Positions 1 through 10,896 of a DNA stretch of 64,000 nucleotides are shown in pieces (the first letter of the stretch is position 1; each line of letters opens with the position of its first letter). The position numbers were made by a program, and so were the translations under genes. Location of the stretch: assembly GCA_031554505.1 (NCBI GenBank), contig JAVBVI010000047.1, positions 28,885 through 92,884 of the forward strand, read 5' to 3'. Origin of the DNA: Bacteroides sp. (GTDB taxonomy: Bacteria; Bacteroidota; Bacteroidia; Bacteroidales; Bacteroidaceae). Under the pieces are notes generated by a model. The model worked only from the letters and a program-made list of their open reading frames with translations, ran no database searches and had not been told where the DNA came from.

Positions 1-10
1 CATAAACCTA

Positions 11-229
11 TTATAATTTTCCCATTTTCATCTCCGACTTCAGGAGTTCATACACATAGGCAGAACTTTCGATATAAAGTCCGGTTGCTTCGTCCGAAAG
101 TTTTTCAAATGTTTCGGAGTTATGGAACAGGCTGATTGCCTCCGGCATATCTATATCACGATCCTCCATCAGGTAAGCAATGATATCTCTGGTAATGCCT
201 TCTACGAGATATTGAGTCTTTTTGTTCAT
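11..229 (-). CDS. Small helical protein of the DUF3990/DUF3791 module (DUF3791-like)
   Basis: 72 aa; its start overlaps the DUF3990 stop by 4 bp. The A..LF.NSETFEKLSDE.TGLY.ES..YVYE pattern is typical of the third gene of such modules. Confidence 0.65.
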   Translation of the reverse strand: MNKKTQYLVEGITRDIIAYLMEDRDIDMPEAISLFHNSETFEKLSDEATGLYIESSAYVYELLKSEMKMGKL

Positions 230-702
230 AATACTTTGAGATATGCCACAGCTTTCTGTGAGTGAAAAAAGTACTGGGAAGATATTTTCTTATATTTAAG
301 CCCATTCACCAAAGTCGGCAGATCGATAATCCCATCGTCGAAATTACGGAACAGTGTAGCAATCGTATCATCAGCAACCGGGCCGATCACTACGTCGTAC
401 TCATGAATGGGATGTTTCTGTGTCCGGCTACGATTGTTCATCACGAACAGTGCCCATTCTTCGTTAGGTTCATTAAACACCTTGATAGATAACGCAGGAT
501 CTTTGAATGCGCCTACATCGTCAAATTCAAAAACAGTCACTACAGGTTCCCCACCATAAATGGAAGCTGTACGCTTAGCCATCAATTCAGCCTGCTTTTC
601 AATTTCAGTGAGATAAAATCCACGTCCAAAATCTTTATAAGGCCTGCATCGGGCCAAGTCAATAACGCTAACACCGGTATTTGAACCATGAAACAGTTTC
701 AT
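226..702 (-). CDS. DUF3990 family protein (predicted ADP-ribosyltransferase-like fold)
   Basis: Motifs LFHGS, DFGRGFYLT, YDVVIGPVADD and a C-terminal QYFFHS. Start taken at ATG 702. Confidence 0.8.
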   Translation of the reverse strand: MKLFHGSNTGVSVIDLARCRPYKDFGRGFYLTEIEKQAELMAKRTASIYGGEPVVTVFEFDDVGAFKDPALSIKVFNEPNEEWALFVMNNRSRTQKHPIHEYDVVIGPVADDTIATLFRNFDDGIIDLPTLVNGLKYKKISSQYFFHSQKAVAYLKVL

Positions 703-1130
703 AATATTCCTCCTCCCTGATTGTAACACACCCGTGCCAAGTCCTGCACACTATCCTCCAATGACAATAGATGTTCAGCTTCATAGTGCTCTGCCAGAAA
801 ATCCAGTCCTTTGTATCTGTTGAGGTAGTTGCTGGCCTCCTTCACAGACAAATTATAAGTCTTGGCAAACTCACTGATAGCAGCTACTACGTAACCGATA
901 ACGCGTTTATCTATCTCCCGATGCGAATCTGTTAGCCTGATGGTAGCAGACAAGTCCAAAGCTTCAAGTACCTTGTTGACAGTTTTAATGGTCAGCCCTT
1001 TTCCGCTTTCCACTTTCGAAATTTGGGCCTTGCCCACACCGATCCGCGCACCGAGTTCTTCTTGCGTCATTCCACGACGGGCTCTCTCGTCGCGGATCAA
1101 GGCACCTATATTATTGATATGAATATCCAT
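699..1130 (-). CDS. XRE-family HTH fused to a DUF3791-like domain
   Basis: N-terminal MTQEELGARIGVGKAQISKVESG HTH; C-terminal ISEFAK.YNLS.KEA.NYL.RYKGLDFL..HYEAEH pattern. Confidence 0.8.
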   Translation of the reverse strand: MDIHINNIGALIRDERARRGMTQEELGARIGVGKAQISKVESGKGLTIKTVNKVLEALDLSATIRLTDSHREIDKRVIGYVVAAISEFAKTYNLSVKEASNYLNRYKGLDFLAEHYEAEHLLSLEDSVQDLARVCYNQGGGIL

Positions 1131-1225
1131 AGTTCTCTGTTTCTCGCAAATATAAAAAAAAGTTTCCCATTTGAGAAACTTTCTTCATGCAATTCACTAT
1201 AAAGCACCAAACCTTCAGAGGATAC

Positions 1226-1270
1226 GAAACGAAAAACTCCCGGAGCCATTGCTGGGGACCGGGAGCTTAT
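1226..1270 (-). terminator. Intrinsic terminator, copy 1 of a duplicated element
   Basis: CTCCCGG...CCGGGAG stem followed on the minus strand by TTTTTCGTTTC. 1226-1243 is identical to 2531-2548. Confidence 0.7.
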
Positions 1271-1277
1271 TATTATC

Positions 1278-1478
1278 TCAGCTGCCAATAATTTCTTTTA
1301 ATTTATCAACATCAGCACGATAGGTACTATCCCCCAGATACTGTATCAACATAGCTAACCTTTGCATTTCAGAAGCATCCGAGATATCCTTGAATAACCG
1401 CCTGAAAGCACTGAAAATTTTCTCATTCTTCCCAGATATCTGTTTAGTCATTTCCGGTATAATGGTGAGTCCGTTCAT
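1278..1478 (-). pseudogene. Probably internally deleted partner of the AAA ATPase
   Basis: 66 aa, coupled to the ATPase stop. Too short for the TOPRIM/nuclease-like partners usual for such ATPases; reads as an N-terminal MNGLTIIPE fused to a C-terminal helical tail. Confidence 0.45.
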
Positions 1479-2461
1479 TTAGCTAAGAATATTTCAGAGT
1501 TAAAAAATAGGTCTACCCCAAATTGATATACCTTGTCAATTTCATCTTCAGAAAGTCCTCTGACAACAGTCTCTCCATTTTCAAAATCAATAAGATAAAT
1601 GGCCAGATCGTCTTTCTTATTTTCCAGGAACTCATTCAGCACATACGGGCTGTGTGTGGTAATAAAGAACTGATTGGTCTCTGAACAGATAATATCAGTT
1701 GTTATTTTAGAGATATAGGGAGGATAAGCATGTGCTTCCGGTTCTTCAAACGTCAAGATAGCATTCTCATTGCTGGCTATGGCAGTCTTATAATACATTA
1801 TTCTCTGCAGAGTATCCGCGATAGAGTTGAATGGAACGAGGTAAATGCTATTCTCCGAGACCGACTTGAGCAGTTTTATCTCTTGACTTGCTTTATCAAA
1901 AGACAGTTTCAAGCCATACAAAGCAAGAATCTCCGAGATCTCATTCTTTGTATGTTCTAAGGAGTCCAATACCGAAGAAAGATTACACCCGGTAGTTGGT
2001 TGTAAGATATTAACCTCTGTATTCTCGAACTGAAAAGGTGCGGGAAAGAAATAACTTCTCACGTCTCTATTAGGCATCTCAGAACCAGTCTGTTTAATTT
2101 TCAGCCCAGACAATTCCACTACGGATCTGCCATTAAGGAATCCGTTCAAACGAGACACGACCCCCATTCTGTTCGGTTGGAGAATAAAACCATCAGAGTC
2201 TGTGTGTACTTCAATGTTGTTTTCCCGATCTCCATTATAGAACAACTCAGATTCATTCTCGCACCGGACAAACTGTTGAAGAGACTTGTTATTCGTGTAT
2301 CTGGCATAAGGTAAGCTAAAAACAGAGAGAGCTTCCAGGATATTACTTTTCCCCACATTAGGCTTCCCTATAAGCAGATTTATCCTTTTGCAATCCTCCA
2401 GGACCACATGCTTAACCGACTTAAAGTTCTTTATTTCAATTCTCGTTGTCATACCTCTCAA
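1475..2461 (-). CDS. ABC/AAA_15/AAA_21-type ATPase (OLD/AbiEii/PARIS-like defence ATPase)
   Basis: IEIKNFKS, Walker A GKPNVGKS, Walker B/D-loop TFEEPEAH, H-loop ITTHSPY. Confidence 0.85.
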   Translation of the reverse strand: MRGMTTRIEIKNFKSVKHVVLEDCKRINLLIGKPNVGKSNILEALSVFSLPYARYTNNKSLQQFVRCENESELFYNGDRENNIEVHTDSDGFILQPNRMGVVSRLNGFLNGRSVVELSGLKIKQTGSEMPNRDVRSYFFPAPFQFENTEVNILQPTTGCNLSSVLDSLEHTKNEISEILALYGLKLSFDKASQEIKLLKSVSENSIYLVPFNSIADTLQRIMYYKTAIASNENAILTFEEPEAHAYPPYISKITTDIICSETNQFFITTHSPYVLNEFLENKKDDLAIYLIDFENGETVVRGLSEDEIDKVYQFGVDLFFNSEIFLAK

Positions 2462-2530
2462 ACTTTATAATATTCAATTTCTCTTAATCACACACAAATA
2501 TAGAGCTTTTTGTGAGAATATGACAGATAA

Positions 2531-2575
2531 GAAACGAAAAACTCCCGGGACCTTTATCAGGAACCGGGAGTTCGT
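2531..2575 (-). terminator. Intrinsic terminator, copy 2; probable end of the polysaccharide operon
   Basis: AACTCCCGG...CCGGGAGTT stem plus a minus-strand T-tract. Confidence 0.7.
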
Positions 2576-2598
2576 TATTCATTTAGAAGCCAACTTTG

Positions 2599-2830
2599 CT
2601 ATTGCCCAACCAACTTCTTATAGTCATCAAAATATTTCTGAATACGATCCACCTGTGACTTTGCAATATTATTGAACACAAACAGTCGTTTCGTATCCTC
2701 AATTCCATAAGCCATGATCAGATCCCCAAAAGAAGTATTCATAAACAGTGTCGGGACAGATTCCACCCCTTCATATCCAAAATTACTTCGTTTCTTTCAA
2801 GATAGCATTTCTGCACATATCCTTTACATC
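2599..2830 (-). pseudogene. Frameshifted STAS-like (DUF4325-type) gene remnant
   Basis: The minus strand reads ..LDMKG / VESVPTLFMNTSFGDLIMAYGIEDTKRLFVFNNI..YKKLVGQ* across frameshifts, with no intact start. Confidence 0.45.
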
Positions 2831-2919
2831 AAATACAGGTAAGAAACGATTCTCTATAGGGGTTCCCATAGCATGTATCGCTATGGCGCCACGAAGATTG
2901 CACTCCGTCTTCTGTTTTT

Positions 2920-3717
2920 TTACTTCAGATGCACTTTAAAGACTAAGCCTCCGGAGAAGTATTTGCATTGGTTCAGTTCTACCACCGCACTGATATAATC
3001 CTTATAGAAACTGTATTCCGTACCGATGTTCACGGAGTATGCATCGTATTCTGCCATGACATTGAAGCCATTGGCTATTTTGTTCAGGACGGATGTTTCC
3101 GGGAGTCCTAACTTGAAGTTAGCACCTACCGTAGGGCCATTGCGTGGGTAGTCCTTGCGTTCGTTGTACACGTATGCTGCATGTACACCTAAGTTTCCAT
3201 AGCTCGGGAAGTCGATATGCTTCGTGGCCGCCAGATAATAACGATTCCAATAACCATTTCCATAGCCACTCACTCCACCTGGAGTATAGTCATTTTCCAG
3301 TGCAGAGAATGTAGTCGTTGCATCGTTTATCCCAGCTACTATTTGTGGAGTCCACTCCTTCCACCATCCCTCCTTCCATACACGTAGACGTCCAGAGAAC
3401 TGACGGTCTTGATTAGTAAACTTACCCCATGTTTGTTTAGGCCAATAACCACCCGGTATCCCTTTGTGCAACGTACAAGTATAAGCTATCTCAAGCCAAG
3501 GGAAAATAGTAATATTAATATAGTAATTAAAGGTGCCATAAGTCCAATGCGCAGGAGTAGACTGTATGTCCAAAAAAGAAGTACCAGCCATGAATGTCTT
3601 ATCCCGTTGCATGTCCGCAGTAGGAGCATGTAGCAACCCTGTTGTCCCGTATGGATATTGTGCATATACTACAGATATCCATAGTATAGCCACTAATAAA
3701 CTAATTTTCCTCTTCAA
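2920..3717 (-). CDS. YjbH-domain exopolysaccharide-associated outer membrane protein
   Basis: Signal peptide; GTTGLLHAPTADMQ, FPWLEIAY and DRQFSGRLRV motifs; beta-barrel-like C-terminus. Confidence 0.75.
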   Translation of the reverse strand: MKRKISLLVAILWISVVYAQYPYGTTGLLHAPTADMQRDKTFMAGTSFLDIQSTPAHWTYGTFNYYINITIFPWLEIAYTCTLHKGIPGGYWPKQTWGKFTNQDRQFSGRLRVWKEGWWKEWTPQIVAGINDATTTFSALENDYTPGGVSGYGNGYWNRYYLAATKHIDFPSYGNLGVHAAYVYNERKDYPRNGPTVGANFKLGLPETSVLNKIANGFNVMAEYDAYSVNIGTEYSFYKDYISAVVELNQCKYFSGGLVFKVHLK

Positions 3718-3741
3718 TGATTCAATCGATTTAATAAAACA

Positions 3742-4875
3742 CTAATTCTGGGCAGTCTCTGATACATCTTCCTCTTTAGGCTTCTTTCCAAATCCTTGGA
3801 AGAAATCACCGAACAGAATCCACCCTACACTCCCCACACCTGCCAGGAACACAAAGCCTATAAGCATCATCATCTTATTCGGTTTAGACGCTCTTAACGG
3901 AATCGAAGCAGGCTGCACGATGGTATAGATCGGAGTAACCTCCTGCACCTTCGCCTTCGCCGCCTGACGTTGCTGTGACATCTGCGAATACACACCGTAT
4001 GCCAAATTCATATCATTCTGCAAACGCGTTTGTTCAGCAAGGAAACTCTGCAACACCACATTCCGGTTTTCATCCGTATAGGTAGCGTACTTCTGTTGCG
4101 CTGTATAATAATCCTGTTTGGATTCTATATATAGTTTCTCCACATACTCCAAGTCCTTACGGGCTTTATTGGTACGGTATTCCGTCACATAATTTTGCAA
4201 ACATTGGGTCACTGTATCAGCCAAAGTGGCCGAGATCAACGGATCCTGCATCATCACAGTCAGAGAGATGGCACCTGTTTTCTTATCCACAGCCACCTGT
4301 ACTCGCTTCTGCAAGGCGCCGGCTATGGCTGCTTCTTTCTTCGATAGATTAAAGACATTCACCTCATTAGTCCCCTCCTCTTGAGGCTCCTCTGATTTAC
4401 CGATAGAGAGCACCCAACCTAAGGCTTTGAATGGAGCCGAAACGATAGCACTCCACCAGGGCGAGCGTTGATGTTCCGCCATATAATCGTATAGCGTAGT
4501 ATTGAATTTACCCTTTTTATCTGTTACCTCAATATTAAATAATCCGGTAAGAAAAGGAGTGGAACCCACAATCTCCGGATACAGTGTAGGCGACAAAGCA
4601 TCCGGTCCGGAAGCACTTCCCAAACTAATGCCTGCCATAGCTGCCAACGCTCCCATGCTTCCACCACCCGATTTCGATGACGACTCAGAGGCTAATAGCA
4701 CTTGAGTAGTATATTCCCGGGGAATACTATATGCCACCACAAGCCCTACGAGTGCCGCAATGCCACAAGCCTTGAATATCAGTTTCTTCCTATTCCAGAC
4801 CTTCAGAGCCAGTTCTATCAAATCGATCTCCTGCTCATTGTGAGTCATGGGAGTTTCTTTTTTTAGTTCAGCCAT
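3742..4875 (-). CDS. wzz: Wzz/GNVR polysaccharide chain-length determinant
   Basis: EIDLIEL N-terminus, two TM segments, and the Pro-rich IVQPASIPLRASKP before the C-terminal TM. Confidence 0.9.
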   Translation of the reverse strand: MAELKKETPMTHNEQEIDLIELALKVWNRKKLIFKACGIAALVGLVVAYSIPREYTTQVLLASESSSKSGGGSMGALAAMAGISLGSASGPDALSPTLYPEIVGSTPFLTGLFNIEVTDKKGKFNTTLYDYMAEHQRSPWWSAIVSAPFKALGWVLSIGKSEEPQEEGTNEVNVFNLSKKEAAIAGALQKRVQVAVDKKTGAISLTVMMQDPLISATLADTVTQCLQNYVTEYRTNKARKDLEYVEKLYIESKQDYYTAQQKYATYTDENRNVVLQSFLAEQTRLQNDMNLAYGVYSQMSQQRQAAKAKVQEVTPIYTIVQPASIPLRASKPNKMMMLIGFVFLAGVGSVGWILFGDFFQGFGKKPKEEDVSETAQN

Positions 4876-4882
4876 ATCTCCC

Positions 4883-7276
4883 TTATTTAAATAGATTTAC
4901 CATCGTAGCAACCATGGTAGCCAATGAAGCAGCCGAAGTACCCATACCAATAATCTCCGCTGCAGACATCTTCTTCTTCACATCCTTGCTTGGCACAATA
5001 ATTTCACATCCTGGCTCTATCATCTTACTATTCCCCGATTTCAGACGGGCCACCGTTCCGTTCATATAGATCACGTAAGCCTTGCTTTTCTTGGCAGTGG
5101 TTCCATATCCACCCGCCTGATTGATATAGTACGAAACTTTCTCTCCAGGCTGATACAATACCGTATTAGGATACATCACATCCCCATTGATTTTCACCGT
5201 ACTTACCAACTCCGGCACATAGAGCATATCCCCTGCACGAAGCACCATATCGTGATCTGAACCCGGATTATCCAATGCCTTTTGTAAGTCAATGCCCACC
5301 GGATAGACATTTGATAAATCGAGAGATGCTAATGAAATAGAATCCGATCCAGTCTTGCTTGTCAGTCGAAGCATATCTTTCTTTCTCCGTAATTCCTCTT
5401 CGGTAGCCTTCCGGAGCAGACGTGCCCCCCTGATATAAGCATCAGGCGTTACTCCACCCGCTTTGCTGACTAAATCGCTCAATCGTTCATTTTTCTTCGA
5501 CATCGAATAATTTCCTTCAAAGAGTACCTCACCCGCTATCGCCACATTCTGTTGTGCATAGTAAGCCGGGCTACGGCGTACATATACCTCATCAAACGGT
5601 TGCAAGTGGAAATCCTCATCCCCACTGATCACCAATCCATTCTTCAGCTCGAACGAGAAGTTCTCTCCTACCCGATTATTGAATGTATTGCTTTTAGGAT
5701 CTTTGATTCGACGCGCCACATCCACTTTAGCTGTAGAGGCCGACTCGAGCAAACCTCCCGCCATAACAATCAAATCCTGTACAGTCATGTTCGCAGCAAA
5801 CTGGAAAGTACCCGGATTCGCCACCTGCCCATGTATAGTCAATGTCTCCTGTTCTTTCAGGTCTTGTACACTTGGTATATAGAGCACATCGTTTCGTTGT
5901 AATGGTATATCTGCTACATTGCCACTCAGCATTCCTCTTAGATCTATCGAAATCATCTCCAACGAAAGGTCATCATGCTCCCGTTGTAGCTGTACCCGGT
6001 CCAGAAAAGCATCACCTCTCAGCCCTTCAGCCTTCTTTATCAATGCCTTTATCGTATTCACTTCGCCACCCAGTTGATACAAGCCATCCCGGTATACAGC
6101 TCCCCGTATCTCTACCCGGTTCTCATATCGATCGAGCACTTTGCCAACTTCCAGGAAATCTCTATCCATCAACTTGAATACCGAGTAGTCCATCTCATCC
6201 ACATTGTAGATCTGCTTTTCCCGTCCGCTCATACGAATCAAACGAATAGTCTTTGAATAGGCATCCCCAGTGAAACCCCCGGTATATTTCAGCAACGTTC
6301 CGATAGTCTCATTCTTGGTTAGTTCATAATACATCGGGCGTTTCACCTTACCAGTAATATTCACCAAGCAATCATACGGAGGTACCAGGATCACATCCCC
6401 CTCCATCAATCGCACATCATCGCTCAACTTACCATGCAATATATAGTCATACACATCCACATCGGCCACCTTCTTCCCTCCACGCATCACCTGAATGTTA
6501 CGGAGCGAACCGATATCGTTCACACCTCCTGCACGATACAGCGCATGGAACACCGTTGAGAACGATGACAATATATACGTACCCGGTACAACCGCTTCGC
6601 CCATGATGCTCACCTGGATGGAGCGTACCTCACCCAGTGTCAACTTTATCTGCGAGGCATTCCCCTGAATGCCCGAATAGATCTTGCTAAACTCCCGTTG
6701 CAGATAGCTATTCGCATCCTTCACCGTCATCCCGTTCAGGTATACCGGTCCTAGGTTCTCCACCATAATACTCCCTTCCGGCGAGATTACCTGCCGTATG
6801 GTATTTTGCGAAGCCCCCCACACATCAATAATCACCTCATCACCTGGTCCCAAACGATAACTCAGCGGAGTAGCCACATTGATATTCGGTTCGAAGGTCA
6901 GGTTCTTGTTGCTGAACACATTCCTTCCAAACACCTGTTTGCCATCCTGAGATTTATTGAGAATCGTTTCAACAGGCAATGCCAGTGCTAAAGAATCCGT
7001 AGCTACTCCGCCTTCAGAAACCACTGCCCGCACCCGGGAAGTTGCCTCCTGCGGTTTAGCCTCACCACCTTGTGTGTTTTGAAACTTAGCCTGTATTCGC
7101 TCTACCTGCTCTTTCGTGACACCCCGTTTCATCAAATCGGCAGTCATCTGTTTTTGGGTAAGTCCCGACTTCTGCCCCTCTTTGACATACTGTATCACCT
7201 GGTCATCGCTCATTTGGGCAAATGCTCCGATCGATATTGTCAGGAGAAAAAGGAAAAGTGTAATAATTCTACGCAT
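4883..7276 (-). CDS. wza: Polysaccharide export protein (Poly_export plus multiple SLBB domains; Wza/KpsD-like)
   Basis: YRLGPGDEV Poly_export motif, repeated G.V..PG.Y SLBB units, signal peptide. Confidence 0.9.
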   Translation of the reverse strand: MRRIITLFLFLLTISIGAFAQMSDDQVIQYVKEGQKSGLTQKQMTADLMKRGVTKEQVERIQAKFQNTQGGEAKPQEATSRVRAVVSEGGVATDSLALALPVETILNKSQDGKQVFGRNVFSNKNLTFEPNINVATPLSYRLGPGDEVIIDVWGASQNTIRQVISPEGSIMVENLGPVYLNGMTVKDANSYLQREFSKIYSGIQGNASQIKLTLGEVRSIQVSIMGEAVVPGTYILSSFSTVFHALYRAGGVNDIGSLRNIQVMRGGKKVADVDVYDYILHGKLSDDVRLMEGDVILVPPYDCLVNITGKVKRPMYYELTKNETIGTLLKYTGGFTGDAYSKTIRLIRMSGREKQIYNVDEMDYSVFKLMDRDFLEVGKVLDRYENRVEIRGAVYRDGLYQLGGEVNTIKALIKKAEGLRGDAFLDRVQLQREHDDLSLEMISIDLRGMLSGNVADIPLQRNDVLYIPSVQDLKEQETLTIHGQVANPGTFQFAANMTVQDLIVMAGGLLESASTAKVDVARRIKDPKSNTFNNRVGENFSFELKNGLVISGDEDFHLQPFDEVYVRRSPAYYAQQNVAIAGEVLFEGNYSMSKKNERLSDLVSKAGGVTPDAYIRGARLLRKATEEELRRKKDMLRLTSKTGSDSISLASLDLSNVYPVGIDLQKALDNPGSDHDMVLRAGDMLYVPELVSTVKINGDVMYPNTVLYQPGEKVSYYINQAGGYGTTAKKSKAYVIYMNGTVARLKSGNSKMIEPGCEIIVPSKDVKKKMSAAEIIGMGTSAASLATMVATMVNLFK

Positions 7277-7311
7277 ACAATATAAAATCAACTATTTGAA
7301 AAAAATTTCTA

Positions 7312-8382
7312 TTAACTAAGATACCAATGGTACATCCGCTGCACCCCTTCTTCTATCTCAATCCGGTGCTGCCAGCCTAAAGCATGTAGCTTGGAAGGAT
7401 CCGTTAACTTCCGCATCGTGCCATCCGGTTTCGTGCTGTCGAAGGTCAAGCGGCCCTCATAATCCACCGTGCGGACAATCAGCTCAGCCAGGCTGCGGAT
7501 ACTGATCTCCTGCCCTGTACCTATATTGATATGGCAGTTGCGCACTTCTTTGCTACTTACCTGGAAAGTATCCTGCGAGTTCACCTTCTCCATCACGAAG
7601 ACACAGGCATCAGCCATCTCCTCGCTCCAGAGGAATTCACGGAGCGGAGTACCTGTCCCCCAGAGGGTGACTTCTTCGCCCGTGATACCATATTTCTGCA
7701 GAATGCTCCGTATGGCTACTTCCGTACTTTCACCATTCACCCCTTCCACCGGGCGCAGGTTCAAGTCCTTGCGGACAGCTTCCCAGTTATTTCGCTTCAG
7801 GCAATCAGCCAGGTGTATCTTCCGGATCATGGCTGGAAGCACATGGCTCCGTTCCAGGTCGAAGTTATCATTCGGCCCATACAAGTTCGTAGGCATCACA
7901 GCAATGTAGTTCGTACCGTATTGCAGGTTGAAACTCTCGCACATCTTTAGCCCTGCAATCTTGGCGATGGCATACGGCTCGTTCGTGTATTCCAACGGAG
8001 AAGCCAGTAATGCTTCCTCCTTCATCGGCTGTTCGGCATCACGCGGGTAGATGCAGGTGCTGCCCAGGAAGAGCAGCTTCTTCACCCCGTGACGGAAACT
8101 CTCGCCGATGATATTCTGCTGGATCTGCAGGTTCTTGTAGATAAAATCTGCCCGGTATGTATTGTTGGCCATAATACCGCCCACATAGGCAGCGGCCAGG
8201 AAGACATACTCCGGTTGCTCTTCGTCAAAGAACCGGCGGACGGCCACTCCGTCCAGCAGGTCCAGCTCCTGGTGCGTGCGGCCAATGACATTCGTATATC
8301 CTTTCGCCTGTAGGTTCTTCCTGATAGCCGAGCCCACCAGTCCGCGATGACCGGCGATATAAATCTTAGAATTCTTTTCCAT
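7312..8382 (-). CDS. fcl: GDP-L-fucose synthase
   Basis: [38 protein letters not shown] and KPDGTMRK motifs. Confidence 0.97.
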   Translation of the reverse strand: MEKNSKIYIAGHRGLVGSAIRKNLQAKGYTNVIGRTHQELDLLDGVAVRRFFDEEQPEYVFLAAAYVGGIMANNTYRADFIYKNLQIQQNIIGESFRHGVKKLLFLGSTCIYPRDAEQPMKEEALLASPLEYTNEPYAIAKIAGLKMCESFNLQYGTNYIAVMPTNLYGPNDNFDLERSHVLPAMIRKIHLADCLKRNNWEAVRKDLNLRPVEGVNGESTEVAIRSILQKYGITGEEVTLWGTGTPLREFLWSEEMADACVFVMEKVNSQDTFQVSSKEVRNCHINIGTGQEISIRSLAELIVRTVDYEGRLTFDSTKPDGTMRKLTDPSKLHALGWQHRIEIEEGVQRMYHWYLS

Positions 8383-8390
8383 CACTTCGG

Positions 8391-9461
8391 TTAGTGCTTG
8401 TTGGCAATCATGCGTTTCACCTTATTAATATCGTGTGCCACCATGATCTTAACCAGTTCCTGGAAAGAAGTCTGGGTAGGGTTCCATCCAAGCAGTGTCT
8501 TGGCCTTGGTAGGATTACCCAGCAGCAGTTCCACTTCGGCCGGGCGGAAGTATTTCGGATCGACTTCCACCAATACCTTGCCGGTAGCCTCGTCGATACC
8601 CTTTTCGTCAACACCCGTACCTTCCCAGCGGAGGGTGATGCCTGCTTCGGCAAAAGCCAGCGCACAGAACTCCCGTACTGTATGCATCTCACCCGTAGCG
8701 ATCACGAAATCCTCGGGAGTATCGTGTTGCAGCATCAGCCACATACATTCCACATAATCCCTGGCATATCCCCAGTCGCGCAGGGAGTCCATATTACCCA
8801 GATAGAGTTTGTCCTGTTCCCCCTGGCTGATGCGGGCCACGGCTAAGGTGATCTTGCGGGTCACGAAAGTCTCGCCACGGCGTTCGCTCTCATGGTTGAA
8901 TAGGATACCGTTCACAGCAAACATGCCGTAACTCTCCCGGTAGTTCTTGGTGATCCAGAAACCATATTGCTTGGCTACGCCGTACGGGCTGCGCGGATAG
9001 AACGGAGTGGTTTCGCTTTGCGGGATCTCCTGTACCTTGCCATACAGTTCCGAAGTGGAAGCCTGGTAGATGCGGGTTTTCTTTTCCAACCCCAGGATAC
9101 GCACGGCTTCGAGCATGCGCAGGGTACCGAGGGCATCGGCCTCGGCGGTGTATTCGGGCACGTCGAAGCTTACTTTTACGTGGCTTTGGGCGGCCAGGTT
9201 GTATATCTCATCAGGTTGTACCTGCTGGATGATGCGGATGAGCGAGCTGGAGTCGGTCATGTCACCGTAGTGCAGGTTGATGGTACGTTTCTGTTTCATG
9301 TCGCGTACCCATTCGTCGAAGTACAGGTGTTCGATGCGACCGGTATTGAACGACGAGGAACGGCGCAGGATGCCGTGAACTTCGTAACCTTTTTGTAAGA
9401 GTAATTCGGCCAGGAATGATCCGTCCTGACCGGTAATGCCGGAAATTAATGCTTTCTTCAT
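8391..9461 (-). CDS. gmd: GDP-mannose 4,6-dehydratase
   Basis: [28 protein letters not shown] and [16 protein letters not shown] motifs. Confidence 0.98.
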   Translation of the reverse strand: MKKALISGITGQDGSFLAELLLQKGYEVHGILRRSSSFNTGRIEHLYFDEWVRDMKQKRTINLHYGDMTDSSSLIRIIQQVQPDEIYNLAAQSHVKVSFDVPEYTAEADALGTLRMLEAVRILGLEKKTRIYQASTSELYGKVQEIPQSETTPFYPRSPYGVAKQYGFWITKNYRESYGMFAVNGILFNHESERRGETFVTRKITLAVARISQGEQDKLYLGNMDSLRDWGYARDYVECMWLMLQHDTPEDFVIATGEMHTVREFCALAFAEAGITLRWEGTGVDEKGIDEATGKVLVEVDPKYFRPAEVELLLGNPTKAKTLLGWNPTQTSFQELVKIMVAHDINKVKRMIANKH

Positions 9462-9465
9462 TATT

Positions 9466-10350
9466 TTATAGTCCTAATTCTTGTATTACTTTTATAAGAT
9501 ATTGTCCATATTGATTTTTCAACATAGGTTGAGCTAACTCTCTCACCCTCTCTGGAGTAATCCAGCCTTGACGTAGCGCTATTCCCTCTAAACAAGCCAC
9601 TTTCAGTCCTTGTCGCTTTTCAATTACCTCAATAAATGTGCTCGCTTCACTGAGCGAATCATGAGTACCCGTATCTAACCAAGCAAATCCCCGACCAAGT
9701 AATTTTACTTTCAGTTCCCTATCATTTAAGAATTGTTGATTAACAGTAGTAATTTCAAGTTCTCCACGCGCTGAAGGTTTTATATTCTTCGCAACCTCAA
9801 CCACCTTATTGGGATAAAAATAAAGACCTACTACCGCATAGTTGCTCTTGGGCTTGAAGGGTTTTTCTTCTACGCTTAATACATTACCTTCTTTGTCAAA
9901 CTCAGCAACTCCATAACGTTCCGGGTCACTCACCCAGTAACCAAATACTGTAGCCCTCTGTTCTTGCTCTGCTTGAAATACAGCTTCTTTCAGCATTTTA
10001 GAGAAACCTGATCCATGAAAGATATTATCTCCTAATACCAAGCAAACCGAATCATCACCAATGAATTTCTCGCCAATAATAAAAGCTTGTGCCAAGCCAT
10101 CAGGTGATGGTTGCTCAGCATATTCAAACTTAATTCCATAATCCGAACCATCCCCCAACAAACGTTGAAAACCTGACAAATCATAAGGAGTGGAAATAAT
10201 AAGAATCTCCCTAATTCCTGCCAACATCAATACCGAAATTGGATAATAGATCATGGGTTTATCAAAAATCGGAAGCATTTGTTTGCTAACTCCTTTTGTA
10301 ATAGGATAAAGGCGCGTGCCTGATCCACCTGCTAATACGATTCCTTTCAT
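9466..10350 (-). CDS. rfbA: Glucose-1-phosphate thymidylyltransferase
   Basis: [33 protein letters not shown] and GFAWLDTGT motifs. Confidence 0.97.
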   Translation of the reverse strand: MKGIVLAGGSGTRLYPITKGVSKQMLPIFDKPMIYYPISVLMLAGIREILIISTPYDLSGFQRLLGDGSDYGIKFEYAEQPSPDGLAQAFIIGEKFIGDDSVCLVLGDNIFHGSGFSKMLKEAVFQAEQEQRATVFGYWVSDPERYGVAEFDKEGNVLSVEEKPFKPKSNYAVVGLYFYPNKVVEVAKNIKPSARGELEITTVNQQFLNDRELKVKLLGRGFAWLDTGTHDSLSEASTFIEVIEKRQGLKVACLEGIALRQGWITPERVRELAQPMLKNQYGQYLIKVIQELGL

Positions 10351-10455
10351 ATCAAAAAATTATTTACCGCCATTCATAATTGATAATAAACCAAAAGGAA
10401 AATGCAAAATATCTATCGTTTTTTGATTGCCAAACTACATTGTCAACCATATTAT

Positions 10456-10896
10456 TCATTTTCCATCATTAGCCCAGTTCATCCACAGACCTTGCTCATA
10501 ACGCCAACTATCATTTTCTGCCACAGATAATATCTTATTGGAAAAAACCAACAAAATAGAGTCTTCTTCATTTGCTTTAATCCCATTCGCATACCCCTCA
10601 GGTACACACAACACTTTACTTTCAGTAGCCGATAAAAGAAAGACTTCCGGCTTCAAGTCTGCAGATGGGTTATACCAATTATCTATTTTTACAAAAGCTG
10701 CCGTAAAAGAGCCTTTCACTGCATAGAACCATTTCTTCTCAAATTGATGAGCATGCCAAGCTCTAATTATTGTTGGGTCTTTCTGGTGAATTATATAGAA
10801 CCGTTCTATCTCATTCATTTTGAAATCATTGACATGAGATATTTGTCCTCTACAATCAATAAAAACACCTCCTTCTTTTATTTTTATCTCAGACAT
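10456..10896 (-). CDS. RmlC/WxcM-like cupin (nucleotide-sugar 3,5-epimerase-like)
   Basis: D.RG, RAWHAHQ.E.KWF and VPEGYANG motifs. Confidence 0.8.
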   Translation of the reverse strand: MSEIKIKEGGVFIDCRGQISHVNDFKMNEIERFYIIHQKDPTIIRAWHAHQFEKKWFYAVKGSFTAAFVKIDNWYNPSADLKPEVFLLSATESKVLCVPEGYANGIKANEEDSILLVFSNKILSVAENDSWRYEQGLWMNWANDGK

